From positions 1 to 32,000 of the forward strand of contig CAZMGY010000030.1 in NCBI GenBank assembly GCA_964565945.1: a stretch of 32,000 bases of DNA. The letters are read 5' to 3'. Positions within the stretch are counted from its first letter, which is position 1, and every line of letters begins with the position of its first letter. Source of the DNA: an uncultured bacterium. GTDB lineage: Bacteria > GCA-001730085. Shown here piece after piece: positions 17,029 to 26,748 of this stretch. Position numbers and translations under genes: made by a program. Under the pieces are notes generated by a model, which saw only the letters and a list, made by a program, of their open reading frames with translations, was not told the DNA's origin and did not search any database.

Positions 17029-18228
17029 TCATTCTCCTTTATTCTCTCTAGCTGCATCAATGATCGCTTGAGCTTGCTCACTGTCTACCTCGGAAGCATC
17101 CACGACATCCTGGACATCGGCCTCCGCAAGCTGAGCAAGAGTCGTGAAACCTGCATTCACCAATAACTCTGCTAATGATTCATTAATTTGTTCTAACGAA
17201 GATAACTGCGCAATCGCTTGCTCGCGACGATCCTGGATATCGGCATCATCCATACCATCCTTAAACAGTTTATCTATTTCATAGCTATCAGGCATTTCTT
17301 CTGCCTCTATATCAATATTCCAGGTTGTCAGCTTAACAGCCAAACGAACGTTTTGTCCCTTTTTTCCAATCGCCAAAGACAACTTATCTTTGGGAACAAT
17401 TACTTTACAAGAACGCTCTTCGTAATTAAGCGATATTTGAACAATCTCCGCAGGGCTGAGAGCGTTGCGAATGAATGTTTCAGGATTTTCGTCCCAACGC
17501 ACGATGTCAATTTTTTCACCACGCAGTTCATTCACAATGCTTTTCACACGAGACCCTCGCATACCCACGCAAGCTCCAATACTGTCCACGTTAGACAATT
17601 GAGAGTATACGGCTATTTTAGTGCGATCGCCGGCTTCGCGAACAATCCCCTTAATCTCTACCGTTCCTTCAGCAATTTCAGGCACTTCAAATTTAAATAA
17701 TTTTTGAACCATTTCGGGCACCGAACGAGATACGATCAATTTCAAACTGGACCGAGAACGTTGAATATCAATCACATACGCTCGCAAACGGTCCTGCATC
17801 TGATAATCGTCACGGAAAACTTGTTCGGCACGTGGCAAAATCGCTTCGACCCGCCCCACTTCTATAATAATGGTTCCACGCTCGAAATGTTGAATCACAC
17901 CATTCACTAATTCACCAATTTTGTCTTTGTAAGTATCGTACATAACATCCGTTTCAGCTTCTTTCATTTTTTGCATAATCACTTGTTTGGCCGTTTGAGC
18001 TGCAATACGACCTAAACTCTCGGTACAGATCTCTTCATCACCCATAGTCACCAAAATACGCCCAGTCATCTCGTCAATATGAACCTCTAAAGGATCTTCT
18101 TCGTCTAGCTCCAATGTTTTACGTGCCACAGCATCAATAGCCGAATGAATGGCTTTCAACAAAACATCCTTATCAATTCCTTTATCTTTTTCTAAGGCAT
18201 TGATGCTCATCATAAAATCATTTTCCAT
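17029..18228 (-). CDS. nusA: Transcription termination/antitermination factor NusA
   Basis: NusA N-terminal domain, S1 domain, two KH domains (GACVGMRGSRVKSIVNEL, AIGKKGQNVRLAVKLT) and a short C-terminal HhH-like tail. The ATG at 18228 lies 10 nt after AAGGAG; the GTG at 18234 is an alternative. Confidence 0.95.
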   Translation of the reverse strand: MENDFMMSINALEKDKGIDKDVLLKAIHSAIDAVARKTLELDEEDPLEVHIDEMTGRILVTMGDEEICTESLGRIAAQTAKQVIMQKMKEAETDVMYDTYKDKIGELVNGVIQHFERGTIIIEVGRVEAILPRAEQVFRDDYQMQDRLRAYVIDIQRSRSSLKLIVSRSVPEMVQKLFKFEVPEIAEGTVEIKGIVREAGDRTKIAVYSQLSNVDSIGACVGMRGSRVKSIVNELRGEKIDIVRWDENPETFIRNALSPAEIVQISLNYEERSCKVIVPKDKLSLAIGKKGQNVRLAVKLTTWNIDIEAEEMPDSYEIDKLFKDGMDDADIQDRREQAIAQLSSLEQINESLAELLVNAGFTTLAQLAEADVQDVVDASEVDSEQAQAIIDAARENKGE

Positions 18229-19966
18229 GACCACGCATCTCCTTTTTCTGAAGGTTTTTAATCAAATCATCTATTTTTTGTTTGGCCTCGCCTTGGGGTA
18301 CTTTCAAGATTTCACCCGTACGTCGTACTTTGATTTCAACACAATTGTCTGCTAGCAATTTTTCACTCACTACCACTCGAACTGGAAAACCAATCAAGTC
18401 GGCATCTTTGAATTTAAAACCGGCTCTTTCGGAACGATCATCCAAAAGAACGTCATAACCCAGTTGATGTAAATCGGCATACAAATCTTTCGCAACCTTT
18501 ATCGCCACCTGATCATCAACCTTAACAGGGACAATGCAAACTTCAAAAGGTGCAACAGCAACTGGCCAAACAATTCCATTTTCATCGTGACTCTGCTCAA
18601 TCACCGCCGCCACCGTACGACTAACACCAATGCCATAGCAACCCATAATCATGATTTGCTCTTTACCATTCTGATCCAAATACTTGGCATTCAAAGCCTT
18701 GCTATACTTTTGACCCAATTTAAAAATATGCCCCACTTCGATTCCATTCTTAATTGACAAGGCACCTTGCTCACATCGTGAACACGTTTCGCCAGCTTGT
18801 ACCACAACAAGATCAACTGTTTCGTTGATTTGATAATCACCACGCACATAACTCACATGCTGAATATGCTTATTCACTGCATTAGCTCCCGTTACACCAT
18901 CCTCAATCTGAACCACGCGAGGATCGGCAATAATGCGAATATCTGTAAGTCCTATCGGGCCAGCAAAGCCAATATAAGTGCTCACATGACCCTCTACTTC
19001 AGTTTGGTTTGCTAATTCAAGCTGCTCTACTCCAAGATGATTTTTCAATTTAATCTCGTTAATTTGATCACTGCCACGCACAAGCACACAGACCAATTCT
19101 TCATCAGCCTTGTAAAACAATGTTTTGATCAAACGATTTGGCGCAACTTGCAAAAAGTCCGCCACCTCTTCAATGGTCTTCACACTGAACGTTGCAACCT
19201 CTTGATAAGGCTCAATATTTGGCGAAGCTTGAATATCTGCCACGGCCGACAATCCCGTTTCAACATTAGCACCGTAATCGCACACATCACAAAAAACAAC
19301 CTGGTCTTCACCCGAATCTGCCAACACCATAAACTCAGCCGAGCCACTCCCCCCCATAGCACCAGAGTCCGCCTCAACAGCGACAACTTTAAGACCACAA
19401 CGCGCAAAAATAGCGTGATAAGCTTCGGCCATATGTTGATACATCCGATCAAGACTTTTCTCGTTATCATGAAAGCTATAAGCATCCTTCATGATAAATT
19501 CCTTCGCACGCATCACACCAAAACGTGGACGAACTTCATCGCGAATTTTGGTTTGAATTTGATAAAAATTGCTTGGCAAATTTTTGTACGAATGCAACTC
19601 GCGCGACACCAAGTCGGTAATGACTTCTTCATGCGTTGGACCAAGCACAAAGTCACGTTCTTGACGATTTTTCAAACGCAACATTTCGGGCCCCATTGTC
19701 GCCCAACGGCCACTTTTTTTCCATAATTCAGCAGGCTGCAACACTGGCATCAAAAGCTCTTGCGCTCCATAACGGTTCATTTCTTCACGAATAATCGCCT
19801 CCACTTTTCGCAACACTTTCAAACCTAAAGGCAAAAATGTATACAAACCCGCCGACAATTTACGCACCATTCCCGAGCGCATCATTAACTGATGGCTCAC
19901 CACCTCGGCATCATGAGGCGTTTCTTTCATTGTGGGCACAAGATAATTATGTTCACTGCGAATCAT
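18218..19966 (-). CDS. proS: Proline--tRNA ligase (bacterial type with editing insertion)
   Basis: N-terminus MIRSEHNYLVPTMKETPHDAEVVSHQLMMRSGMVRKL matches the canonical ProS start. It has class II motifs and a length consistent with an INS editing domain. The ATG at 19966 has GAAGGG 7 nt upstream and overlaps the rseP end by 14 nt. Confidence 0.95.
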   Translation of the reverse strand: MIRSEHNYLVPTMKETPHDAEVVSHQLMMRSGMVRKLSAGLYTFLPLGLKVLRKVEAIIREEMNRYGAQELLMPVLQPAELWKKSGRWATMGPEMLRLKNRQERDFVLGPTHEEVITDLVSRELHSYKNLPSNFYQIQTKIRDEVRPRFGVMRAKEFIMKDAYSFHDNEKSLDRMYQHMAEAYHAIFARCGLKVVAVEADSGAMGGSGSAEFMVLADSGEDQVVFCDVCDYGANVETGLSAVADIQASPNIEPYQEVATFSVKTIEEVADFLQVAPNRLIKTLFYKADEELVCVLVRGSDQINEIKLKNHLGVEQLELANQTEVEGHVSTYIGFAGPIGLTDIRIIADPRVVQIEDGVTGANAVNKHIQHVSYVRGDYQINETVDLVVVQAGETCSRCEQGALSIKNGIEVGHIFKLGQKYSKALNAKYLDQNGKEQIMIMGCYGIGVSRTVAAVIEQSHDENGIVWPVAVAPFEVCIVPVKVDDQVAIKVAKDLYADLHQLGYDVLLDDRSERAGFKFKDADLIGFPVRVVVSEKLLADNCVEIKVRRTGEILKVPQGEAKQKIDDLIKNLQKKEMRGHGK

Positions 19967-21083
19967 GGCTGGGCCCTTCATCTGCTTGGTCTAACTTTGT
20001 TGGAACATCGGGCGCTATATTCTTTACAAACCATAATCCTCGCAACTTAGAGCCCACCTTAAAATTAACAAAGTCGTTATAAAATACATACAACATAAGC
20101 CCTAAAAGGAAAAATATACCCACTTTCTGAAGCGTCTCTTGAATCTTTAAGTTCAAAGGTTTTTTACGCACCCATTCAATTACATAAAGAACAAAATGCC
20201 CCCCATCCAGCACAGGAATTGGTAAAAAGTTAAACAAAGCTAAGGCCGCGCTCAGTAAGCCCATAAGATGTAAAACATGAATCCATCCCTTTTTAGCTGT
20301 TTCACCCGTAATAAACATGATCCCTATGGGACCTGTCATCGACTGTTTAAGAGACATCTTTCCTGTTGCCATATTCCATAGCGAACGGTAGGTCATCGAA
20401 GAAATAAACCATAACTTTTGTCCAGCCATACCAAAAGACTTCACAAGAGGATATTGCACCGTTTGAGTTTCTTGAGAAGCCTTAATACCAATAATGGGAC
20501 GCTCTTTGTCCATATCGGGCAACAAGGTCACCGTCAGATTTTGACCTTCTCTCACAACGTCTAACCTAAGTTCTTCTGAGCCGTGCGCGCGAATATAAGC
20601 TGTTAGTTGATCCCAAAACTTCACCGACTCCCCATTAACAGCGGTAATAGTATCTCCAGTGCGCAAACCTGCTTGCTGCGCAGGCATATTTTCCATAACA
20701 ATACCAATCTTAGTGGTTGGTGCAGGAGAACCTATCACAAAAATAAAGGTAAAAATGGCATAAGCCAAAAAATAATTCATCAAAGGGCCCGCCATCACAA
20801 CCTTCATGCGCTGCCAGGGTGTTTTGGCAAAAAATTCGTCGCCCTCCCGTTCAATTTTATCTTCACTGGGGTCATCACCCGCCATTTTGACATAACCGCC
20901 CAACGGAATCAGAGAAATCGCATACAGAGTTCCGTGCCACTTGTACTTAAACAGTAACGGACCAAAGCCCACTGAGAACACATCCACCTGGATCCCTTGG
21001 CGTTTTGCCACAATAAAATGCCCCCACTCGTGAATGGTCACCAAAACTCCAAAAACAATAATAGTCACTAATAAAATTGTCAT
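19953..21083 (-). CDS. rseP: RIP site-2 zinc metalloprotease RseP
   Basis: HEWGH zinc motif in TM1 (VTIHEWGHFIVA), a single PDZ-like region (GLRTGDTITAVNGESV) and an NFLPIPVLDGGH motif. The ATG at 21083 (MTILLV) has GAGGGGG upstream and lies 2 nt after the dxr TAA. Confidence 0.9.
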   Translation of the reverse strand: MTILLVTIIVFGVLVTIHEWGHFIVAKRQGIQVDVFSVGFGPLLFKYKWHGTLYAISLIPLGGYVKMAGDDPSEDKIEREGDEFFAKTPWQRMKVVMAGPLMNYFLAYAIFTFIFVIGSPAPTTKIGIVMENMPAQQAGLRTGDTITAVNGESVKFWDQLTAYIRAHGSEELRLDVVREGQNLTVTLLPDMDKERPIIGIKASQETQTVQYPLVKSFGMAGQKLWFISSMTYRSLWNMATGKMSLKQSMTGPIGIMFITGETAKKGWIHVLHLMGLLSAALALFNFLPIPVLDGGHFVLYVIEWVRKKPLNLKIQETLQKVGIFFLLGLMLYVFYNDFVNFKVGSKLRGLWFVKNIAPDVPTKLDQADEGPSHDSQ

Positions 21084-21085
21084 GT

Positions 21086-22261
21086 TTACCCCCTCATCAC
21101 ATATAAGTTTTGTTGCTGAACCCACGCTTTCGCATTTGAGCGAGTATTTTTATCAACTTTGATAATTTCTTCTAAGCTATAGTTTTTTTGCACCTGATGC
21201 TCGCTCAACATTGTTTCGATCAACGGGGCAATCTGCAAAAAAGACATCTGTCCCAGCAAAAAGGCCTCCACGGCCACCTCGTTAGCTGCATTCACAACTG
21301 CAGGGTACGAATGCCCTAAACGACAGGCTTCATAACACAAGTTAAGCATCGGAAATTTGGCATGATCCACCGCTTCAAAAGAAATCTTTTTCCACTCTGT
21401 TAAATCTAGTTTAGGAATATCAAGAGCCAAGCGGTCGGGATAAGATAAAGCATATAAAATCGGAATACGCATATCCGATACACCTAAATGAGCTTTGATT
21501 GAGCCATCAACAAATTCCACCATCGAATGTACAATGCTTTGTGGATGAATGATCACTTTAATTTTTTCTAAGGGAACATCAAATAGCCAATACGCCTCAA
21601 TCACTTCTAGCCCCTTATTCATCAATGTTGCCGAATCCACCGAAATCTTAGGTCCCATATCCCAACGGGGGTGCTTCACCGCCAACTCGGGGGTCACTTT
21701 TTGCATATCCTCAAGGGACCATTCACGAAAGGGACCACCTGAAGACGTTAAGGTTAGATGCGAGATCTCTTTTTTGTGCTCACCAAGCAAACACTGAAAA
21801 ATCGCACTATGCTCACTGTCGACGGGAATAAAATAAACTTGAGCCTTGGCCACAGCATTCATGACCAATGCTCCACCCATCACAAGGGCTTCTTTGTTAA
21901 CAAAAGCAATATCTTTGCCACGCTCAAGCCCGACCATAAGAGGATGTAAGCCCTGAGATCCCATCAAAGAAATCATCAAAAGATCCACCTCAGGAATCGC
22001 CGCCATGTCACACAAACCCGCTTGCCCAACATAAACATTTCCAGAAAAATCAGGCATCACTTGCAAAAATTCTTGCCTAGCTTCCTCAGATCCTAAACAC
22101 ACAACTTGAGGAAATAGTTGCTCGACTTGTTTTTTTAACTCTTGAACACGACGGTTCGCCGCCAAAGCAACCACTTCAAAGCGATCAGGATTTTTCAAGA
22201 CCACATCCACTGTGTTTTGACCAATCGAGCCCGTCGACCCCAAAATCGCAATACGTTTCAT
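21086..22261 (-). CDS. dxr: 1-deoxy-D-xylulose-5-phosphate reductoisomerase
   Basis: NADPH-binding N-terminus MKRIAILGSTGSIGQNT, a central catalytic region (PVDSEHSAIFQCL) and a typical 391-aa size. The ATG overlaps the cdsA TGA (ATGA). Confidence 0.95.
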   Translation of the reverse strand: MKRIAILGSTGSIGQNTVDVVLKNPDRFEVVALAANRRVQELKKQVEQLFPQVVCLGSEEARQEFLQVMPDFSGNVYVGQAGLCDMAAIPEVDLLMISLMGSQGLHPLMVGLERGKDIAFVNKEALVMGGALVMNAVAKAQVYFIPVDSEHSAIFQCLLGEHKKEISHLTLTSSGGPFREWSLEDMQKVTPELAVKHPRWDMGPKISVDSATLMNKGLEVIEAYWLFDVPLEKIKVIIHPQSIVHSMVEFVDGSIKAHLGVSDMRIPILYALSYPDRLALDIPKLDLTEWKKISFEAVDHAKFPMLNLCYEACRLGHSYPAVVNAANEVAVEAFLLGQMSFLQIAPLIETMLSEHQVQKNYSLEEIIKVDKNTRSNAKAWVQQQNLYVMRG

Positions 22262-23058
22262 GATAATAAAATTCCCCCCAAGACAACATTCGCCAACGGA
22301 AACGAAAACACCAAACTATCTAACACATCCATAAAACCACCCATTCCCGGAATCACCCGCCCAGAATCTTTAATCTGTTTGTCGCGCTTAAGCAAAGACT
22401 CCCACAAATCTCCAAGCTGAGCCAAAATATTTAAACCCAGCGACAACAAAATAACTTCCACCAAATAGAGATGCTCAGCATGAAACCAGGACCACATCAG
22501 CGACCCCGCCACACAACTGAACACTAAGTTAGCCACAGCCCCTTCCCAGGTTTTGCCTGGGCTTATATTCGGAGCCATTTTATGACGGCCCCATTTGCGT
22601 CCAATCAAATAAGCCCCCATATCACCAACCTTAACGGTAAGAATAGTCCAAGTCACCCAAAAAGCTCCATCAGGCAATAGCCTTACACCCAAAATCATGT
22701 AAGCCAAACCAAAAAAGTACAAAAAACTCACAATCTGGCCACTGATCAAAGTAAAACTTCCTTCTACCGAACGCTTTTCATGAAGATAGCACAAAAAAAG
22801 CGCCTGCATGGTCGTCACAAAGACCAACACAGCAGGCAACCCTTCGCTCCATAAAAACACCAAACCTCCAACACTTGCCATGGCAAAAGCCTTCGCACTT
22901 GTGTGCAAACGCATCAAGGTCCAAAACTCATAAAGGCCAATGCTCATCAAGAGCCATAGCACCGCAGTAAAAACAACCGCCGAAGCCATTTGAATGGCAA
23001 TTAATAGAAACGTCACCAAAGCAACCGTACTTACAATTCTTTGCTTTAACGACGACAT
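22258..23058 (-). CDS. cdsA: Phosphatidate cytidylyltransferase (CDP-diglyceride synthase)
   Basis: Polytopic membrane protein with a C-terminal signature region SLLKRDKQIKDSGRVIPGMGGFMDVLDS. Its position between uppS and dxr is classic. The signature deviates from the consensus (see findings). Confidence 0.85.
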   Translation of the reverse strand: MSSLKQRIVSTVALVTFLLIAIQMASAVVFTAVLWLLMSIGLYEFWTLMRLHTSAKAFAMASVGGLVFLWSEGLPAVLVFVTTMQALFLCYLHEKRSVEGSFTLISGQIVSFLYFFGLAYMILGVRLLPDGAFWVTWTILTVKVGDMGAYLIGRKWGRHKMAPNISPGKTWEGAVANLVFSCVAGSLMWSWFHAEHLYLVEVILLSLGLNILAQLGDLWESLLKRDKQIKDSGRVIPGMGGFMDVLDSLVFSFPLANVVLGGILLS

Positions 23059-23768
23059 CGCACATCTCCATAACGTCTCTCACGATGCAAATAATCATTA
23101 ACAGCTTGACGGAAATCTTCTTCACCAAAATCAGGCCATAAGGTTGTTATTCCATAAATTTCACTGTAAGACAACTGCCACAATAAAAAATTACTAATGC
23201 GTTCTTCTCCACTGGTGCGAATCAACAAGTCAGGATCTGGCAAATCGGCTGTGTAGAGATGCTGACTAATCAATGTTGCATCAATGTCTTCAGCCTTCAC
23301 TTGCCCCTTGTGAACATTGCGAATAATCTGATTAACAGCCTGTAAAATTTCTTGGCGACCTCCATAGTTCACTGCCAAATTAATTTTAACGCCCGTATTC
23401 GTCTTTGTTTGCTCTATGGCATCAATCAATTTGTGATAGACTCCTCGGGGCAACTCTTCCAAATTACCAATGGCCGACAAGCATACCCCTTTTTTCATCA
23501 TTGCCTGCAACTCTCGATCCAAGAACTCGATTAAAAGAGACATAAGCCCCTTTATCTCCATTTTAGGCCGTGTCCAATTTTCTTTTGAAAATACATAGAG
23601 AGTTAAGATTTCGATGCCCAATTCATCACAGACAGGAATAATTTTATGAATCGCCTCCATACCAGCTCGATGCCCCGCAATACGCATAAGTCCGCGTTTT
23701 TGGGCCCAGCGACCACTCCCATCCATAATAATGGCAATATGACGCGGATAATCGTTCAATACTGCCAT
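23046..23768 (-). CDS. uppS: Undecaprenyl-diphosphate synthase (cis-isoprenyl transferase)
   Basis: HIAIIMDGSGRWA, GHRAG and RTSGEERISNFLLWQLSYSE motifs. The ATG at 23768 (MAVLNDYPRH) follows GAGGGGAG. The ORF-track start at 23864 is a non-ATG codon lying upstream of the predicted -10 hexamer. Confidence 0.9.
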   Translation of the reverse strand: MAVLNDYPRHIAIIMDGSGRWAQKRGLMRIAGHRAGMEAIHKIIPVCDELGIEILTLYVFSKENWTRPKMEIKGLMSLLIEFLDRELQAMMKKGVCLSAIGNLEELPRGVYHKLIDAIEQTKTNTGVKINLAVNYGGRQEILQAVNQIIRNVHKGQVKAEDIDATLISQHLYTADLPDPDLLIRTSGEERISNFLLWQLSYSEIYGITTLWPDFGEEDFRQAVNDYLHRERRYGDVRCRR

Positions 23769-23849
23769 AATGATCCCATCTCCCCTCACATAGTAAAAAA
23801 GACTTGCTTTCCGCAAATCTTTAAAAACGCTTAAACTGCACCTGCATAC

Positions 23850-23878
23850 ATTATAATAAATCAACCCTATCTCGTCAA
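23850..23878 (-). promoter_or_regulatory. Near-consensus sigma70-type promoter ahead of uppS
   Basis: The reverse strand reads TTGACG (23878..23873), a 17-nt spacer, then TATAAT (23855..23850), about 80 nt upstream of the uppS ATG. Confidence 0.5.
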
Positions 23879-24136
23879 CCGCTGATCCAACGCCCCCAAC
23901 AGTGCGTTCTACCCTTAAATATCTGTTTCGCCCTTAATAAAAAACTAACTCGCCACTGCTCCAGGCCCTTTGAATCCTAGATCGCATCTGATACCTAAGG
24001 TATATATTGTCATATCACCAAAAAAGCTCGCTAACTATAGACGTCAGCTACCCCCAATGACAGCGCTAAAGCCACTGACTGAGTACAAAAGGATACCCAT
24101 AAAAATGCCAAAACCCTAAATTCAATAAACATACTC

Positions 24137-24152
24137 TTGTTATATATAACAA
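24137..24152 (-). terminator. AT-rich palindrome just after the mlaE stop (weak terminator candidate)
   Basis: TTGTTATATATAACAA is a perfect 16-nt palindrome (a 6-bp stem with a TATA loop) starting 4 nt after the mlaE TAA. There is no clear T-tract. Confidence 0.25.
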
Positions 24153-24155
24153 ATC

Positions 24156-24929
24156 TTAAAACAGAATAATCGACAAGAAAAAATCAGAAATAAAAATAAG
24201 AATCGAAGACATAACAACGGCTTGCGTCACGGCCATCCCTACACCTTCGGCTCCTTTTTGGGTATAGAAACCTTTGTAACAGCCTACCAAGCTAACAATA
24301 CCTCCAAAAAAAACCGTTTTGATCAAACCACTCATCAGATCGTACACAGCAACAAAATTTTTAAGGTTATATATAAAGAAAACCTCGGGAATACCTATCC
24401 ACTTAACACCAATCAGATAACTCCCTAAAATCCCAACAAAAATAGAAAATACCATTAAACAAGGTAATAATGAAACACACGCTAAGAAACGAGGGATTAC
24501 CAAATAACGGATCGGATGTGTCGCCAACGAGATCAAAGCATCGATTTGCTCCGTCACTCGCATAGTTCCCAATTCGGCAGCCATCGACGCTCCAACGCGG
24601 CTAGCCAACATCAATCCTGTCAACACAGGTCCAAGCTCACGTGTCATCGACAAACCAACAATCGGAGATACAATCATATCCAAAGTAAACACCTGCAATT
24701 GATAATAACTTTGCACCGTCAAAACCATGCCAGTGAATGCGCCCATAATCAAAACCACAGGTAACGACAACACACCAACGCGATACATTTGTTGAAAGAT
24801 CAAGGAGGTATCTGGCCAACGTCGTCCTAAAAAAAGAATCGTTTCGTAACAAAACAAACTAAACCTCCCCAGAGATTCTAAAACATCTATTGTTTGTCGT
24901 CCCCAAAAACGTCTAAGATTAAAATTCAT
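24156..24929 (-). CDS. mlaE: MlaE/YrbE-family ABC transporter permease (phospholipid transport)
   Basis: TRELGPVLTGLMLASRVGASMAAELGTMRVTEQIDAL matches the conserved MlaE core. The product is a 257-aa polytopic protein. Confidence 0.85.
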   Translation of the reverse strand: MNFNLRRFWGRQTIDVLESLGRFSLFCYETILFLGRRWPDTSLIFQQMYRVGVLSLPVVLIMGAFTGMVLTVQSYYQLQVFTLDMIVSPIVGLSMTRELGPVLTGLMLASRVGASMAAELGTMRVTEQIDALISLATHPIRYLVIPRFLACVSLLPCLMVFSIFVGILGSYLIGVKWIGIPEVFFIYNLKNFVAVYDLMSGLIKTVFFGGIVSLVGCYKGFYTQKGAEGVGMAVTQAVVMSSILIFISDFFLSIILF

Positions 24930-26748
24930 ATTTTCGCTTCACACCCATAATTTCGAAATCTTGCTGCATAGCAAAGAAAAACATATCGTCGCTAATCGCT
25001 AGATTATACTCCAACTCCACACTGGTATCACTATAACCAAGACGTTCGTCGCCAATATATCCCGATTGATTTTTTAAACGGAAACATAACTGATCATTGA
25101 TTTTTTTCTCAACCATAATTTTACCTTGACCCTGGTTTTTCTGTAAGATCCATCCAGACAATTCAATCGCTTGACCATCGGTGCGATAATTGATTTTATT
25201 TTCAATCCGCCCATCTTTATAAGCAAATTCTCCATCAAAAAAGAGGGTATCCTTTTTACGCTGAAATCGTGATTCGTTCACCAGCATTGTTTTACCTTGA
25301 CCTTCGGCATGAAATTCTCCTGATAAATATTTTAAATTTTTCAAATAGCCATCCTTCATTTTTAAATCAATTTTATATTGCGGGGCCAAAAGATCTCCTT
25401 GAATAGCGATATTTCCCGAAATAATCCCACGAAACACTTCACCCAATTTTAGCGGAACAAAGGGCTCTAGCAAAGCGGTATCCAAACCTTCAATGTTAAC
25501 CTCTGTTTTAAAAGATATTTCTGGCCTAAATGTCATCATCCCTTGCCCCACAACCAAATGATCTCCCCAGAGAAACTCAGGAACAATAAATTTATTACTC
25601 TCCACATCAAACACCATTCTCATCCCCGGAAAAACCTCTTCTTTAAACTCAATTGATGCCAACTGCATATAGAAATGATCCAAACGTGGTATCACAACAA
25701 AAGGAGCACCGTACTTGCGGCCATCTTTTAAAGCCCAATTCAGTTCCCCATAGAAGGTCTCATGGTCCATATACCCATCTAATAAAAACATATTGTCCTG
25801 TTGGTAGTTCATAACAACTCGTATTTTGTCCGAATCTTTACTTAGACGCAAATGAAGCTCATGCGGTTGATCAGAACCAGAATGATACTTGATGACAGTT
25901 TTCAGTTGCTCTTCATCATGGAACAACTCATAGGACACATGCTTATCTTTCAAATGAATCTCACCTTTGGACTGCAAAACATCTTTTTGACCAGAATCCA
26001 TATGATCCACAAAGCTAATAGAGCCTAAAGTGATCATTTCTTCACGTTTTAAACGATACGGAGCAACGTTCAACGACACATATTCTGGATCCCATACCAA
26101 GGCCAGTAATCCCGTAAAAACACCATTTTTGGCCAAGTTTACCTTTAAGATCCCTTGGTCTAAACTTAAATTAGCTGACTGAATATCTATCTGAGCACGC
26201 ATGGTTTGTTTGTCTTCAAAAAACGTACCCGATATAACACCAAAAGGACTGTCATAGTTTTTAGGAAACAAGTCGAACTGAATCTTTTGCTTCGATAAAG
26301 TTTTGAGCGAAAGAGTCCCGACCATATCGCGAAAAGAAATACCCTTAAAACGCTGTAAACATTTTGTCTGATTAAAACAGGTTCCTTTTAGGGGGTTAAA
26401 CAAAGAGGAATCCAGTTGCCCCCAATACACCCGTGGTTCACTAAAAGTAATCCTATCGATTTGCCCTCGGGTCAAAAGACGAAACAAATTTGTCGTAACA
26501 CACACCTGATTTAGATCAAGTTCAAAGCGGTAATGATGATTAGATGTTTTGGAAAAACGAACATATTCTAAGGCAATTTGGTTCAAAGATAAGAACGAAA
26601 CAGCACCAACTTGAACATTAACACCACGGCTTTGAAAGAATCTTTCAACACCAAAACGCAGCAAAGAACCACTGTAAAAAACAAGGGCGACACTCCCCAC
26701 GCTCAATAAAATAAGAAAAGGAAGCACCAGCAATTTGCTATATTTCAT
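24919..26748 (-). CDS. Membrane-anchored beta-rich protein, AsmA/TamB-like
   Basis: N-terminal anchor (KLLVLPFLILLSVGSVALVFY) followed by GVNVQVGAVSFLSLNQIALEYVRF, and a C-terminal repeat-like segment FRGIISGNIAIQGDLLAPQYKIDLKMKDGYL resembling TamB/AsmA family patterns. The ATG directly abuts the clpC TAG, and the 3' end overlaps the mlaE ATG by 11 nt. Confidence 0.55.
   Translation of the reverse strand: MKYSKLLVLPFLILLSVGSVALVFYSGSLLRFGVERFFQSRGVNVQVGAVSFLSLNQIALEYVRFSKTSNHHYRFELDLNQVCVTTNLFRLLTRGQIDRITFSEPRVYWGQLDSSLFNPLKGTCFNQTKCLQRFKGISFRDMVGTLSLKTLSKQKIQFDLFPKNYDSPFGVISGTFFEDKQTMRAQIDIQSANLSLDQGILKVNLAKNGVFTGLLALVWDPEYVSLNVAPYRLKREEMITLGSISFVDHMDSGQKDVLQSKGEIHLKDKHVSYELFHDEEQLKTVIKYHSGSDQPHELHLRLSKDSDKIRVVMNYQQDNMFLLDGYMDHETFYGELNWALKDGRKYGAPFVVIPRLDHFYMQLASIEFKEEVFPGMRMVFDVESNKFIVPEFLWGDHLVVGQGMMTFRPEISFKTEVNIEGLDTALLEPFVPLKLGEVFRGIISGNIAIQGDLLAPQYKIDLKMKDGYLKNLKYLSGEFHAEGQGKTMLVNESRFQRKKDTLFFDGEFAYKDGRIENKINYRTDGQAIELSGWILQKNQGQGKIMVEKKINDQLCFRLKNQSGYIGDERLGYSDTSVELEYNLAISDDMFFFAMQQDFEIMGVKRKYEF

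Noticed and set aside
19037-19726. A long plus-strand ORF (229 aa) antisense to proS. Similar antisense ORFs occur at 17218..17700, 14985..15449, 4663..5115, 3950..4378, 16119..16478 and 20607..20957.
   Set aside because: Each lies entirely inside a well-supported minus-strand gene. The products are low-complexity sequence with no motifs, and none has a Shine-Dalgarno motif. This is the expected by-product of codon bias leaving the antisense frame free of stops.
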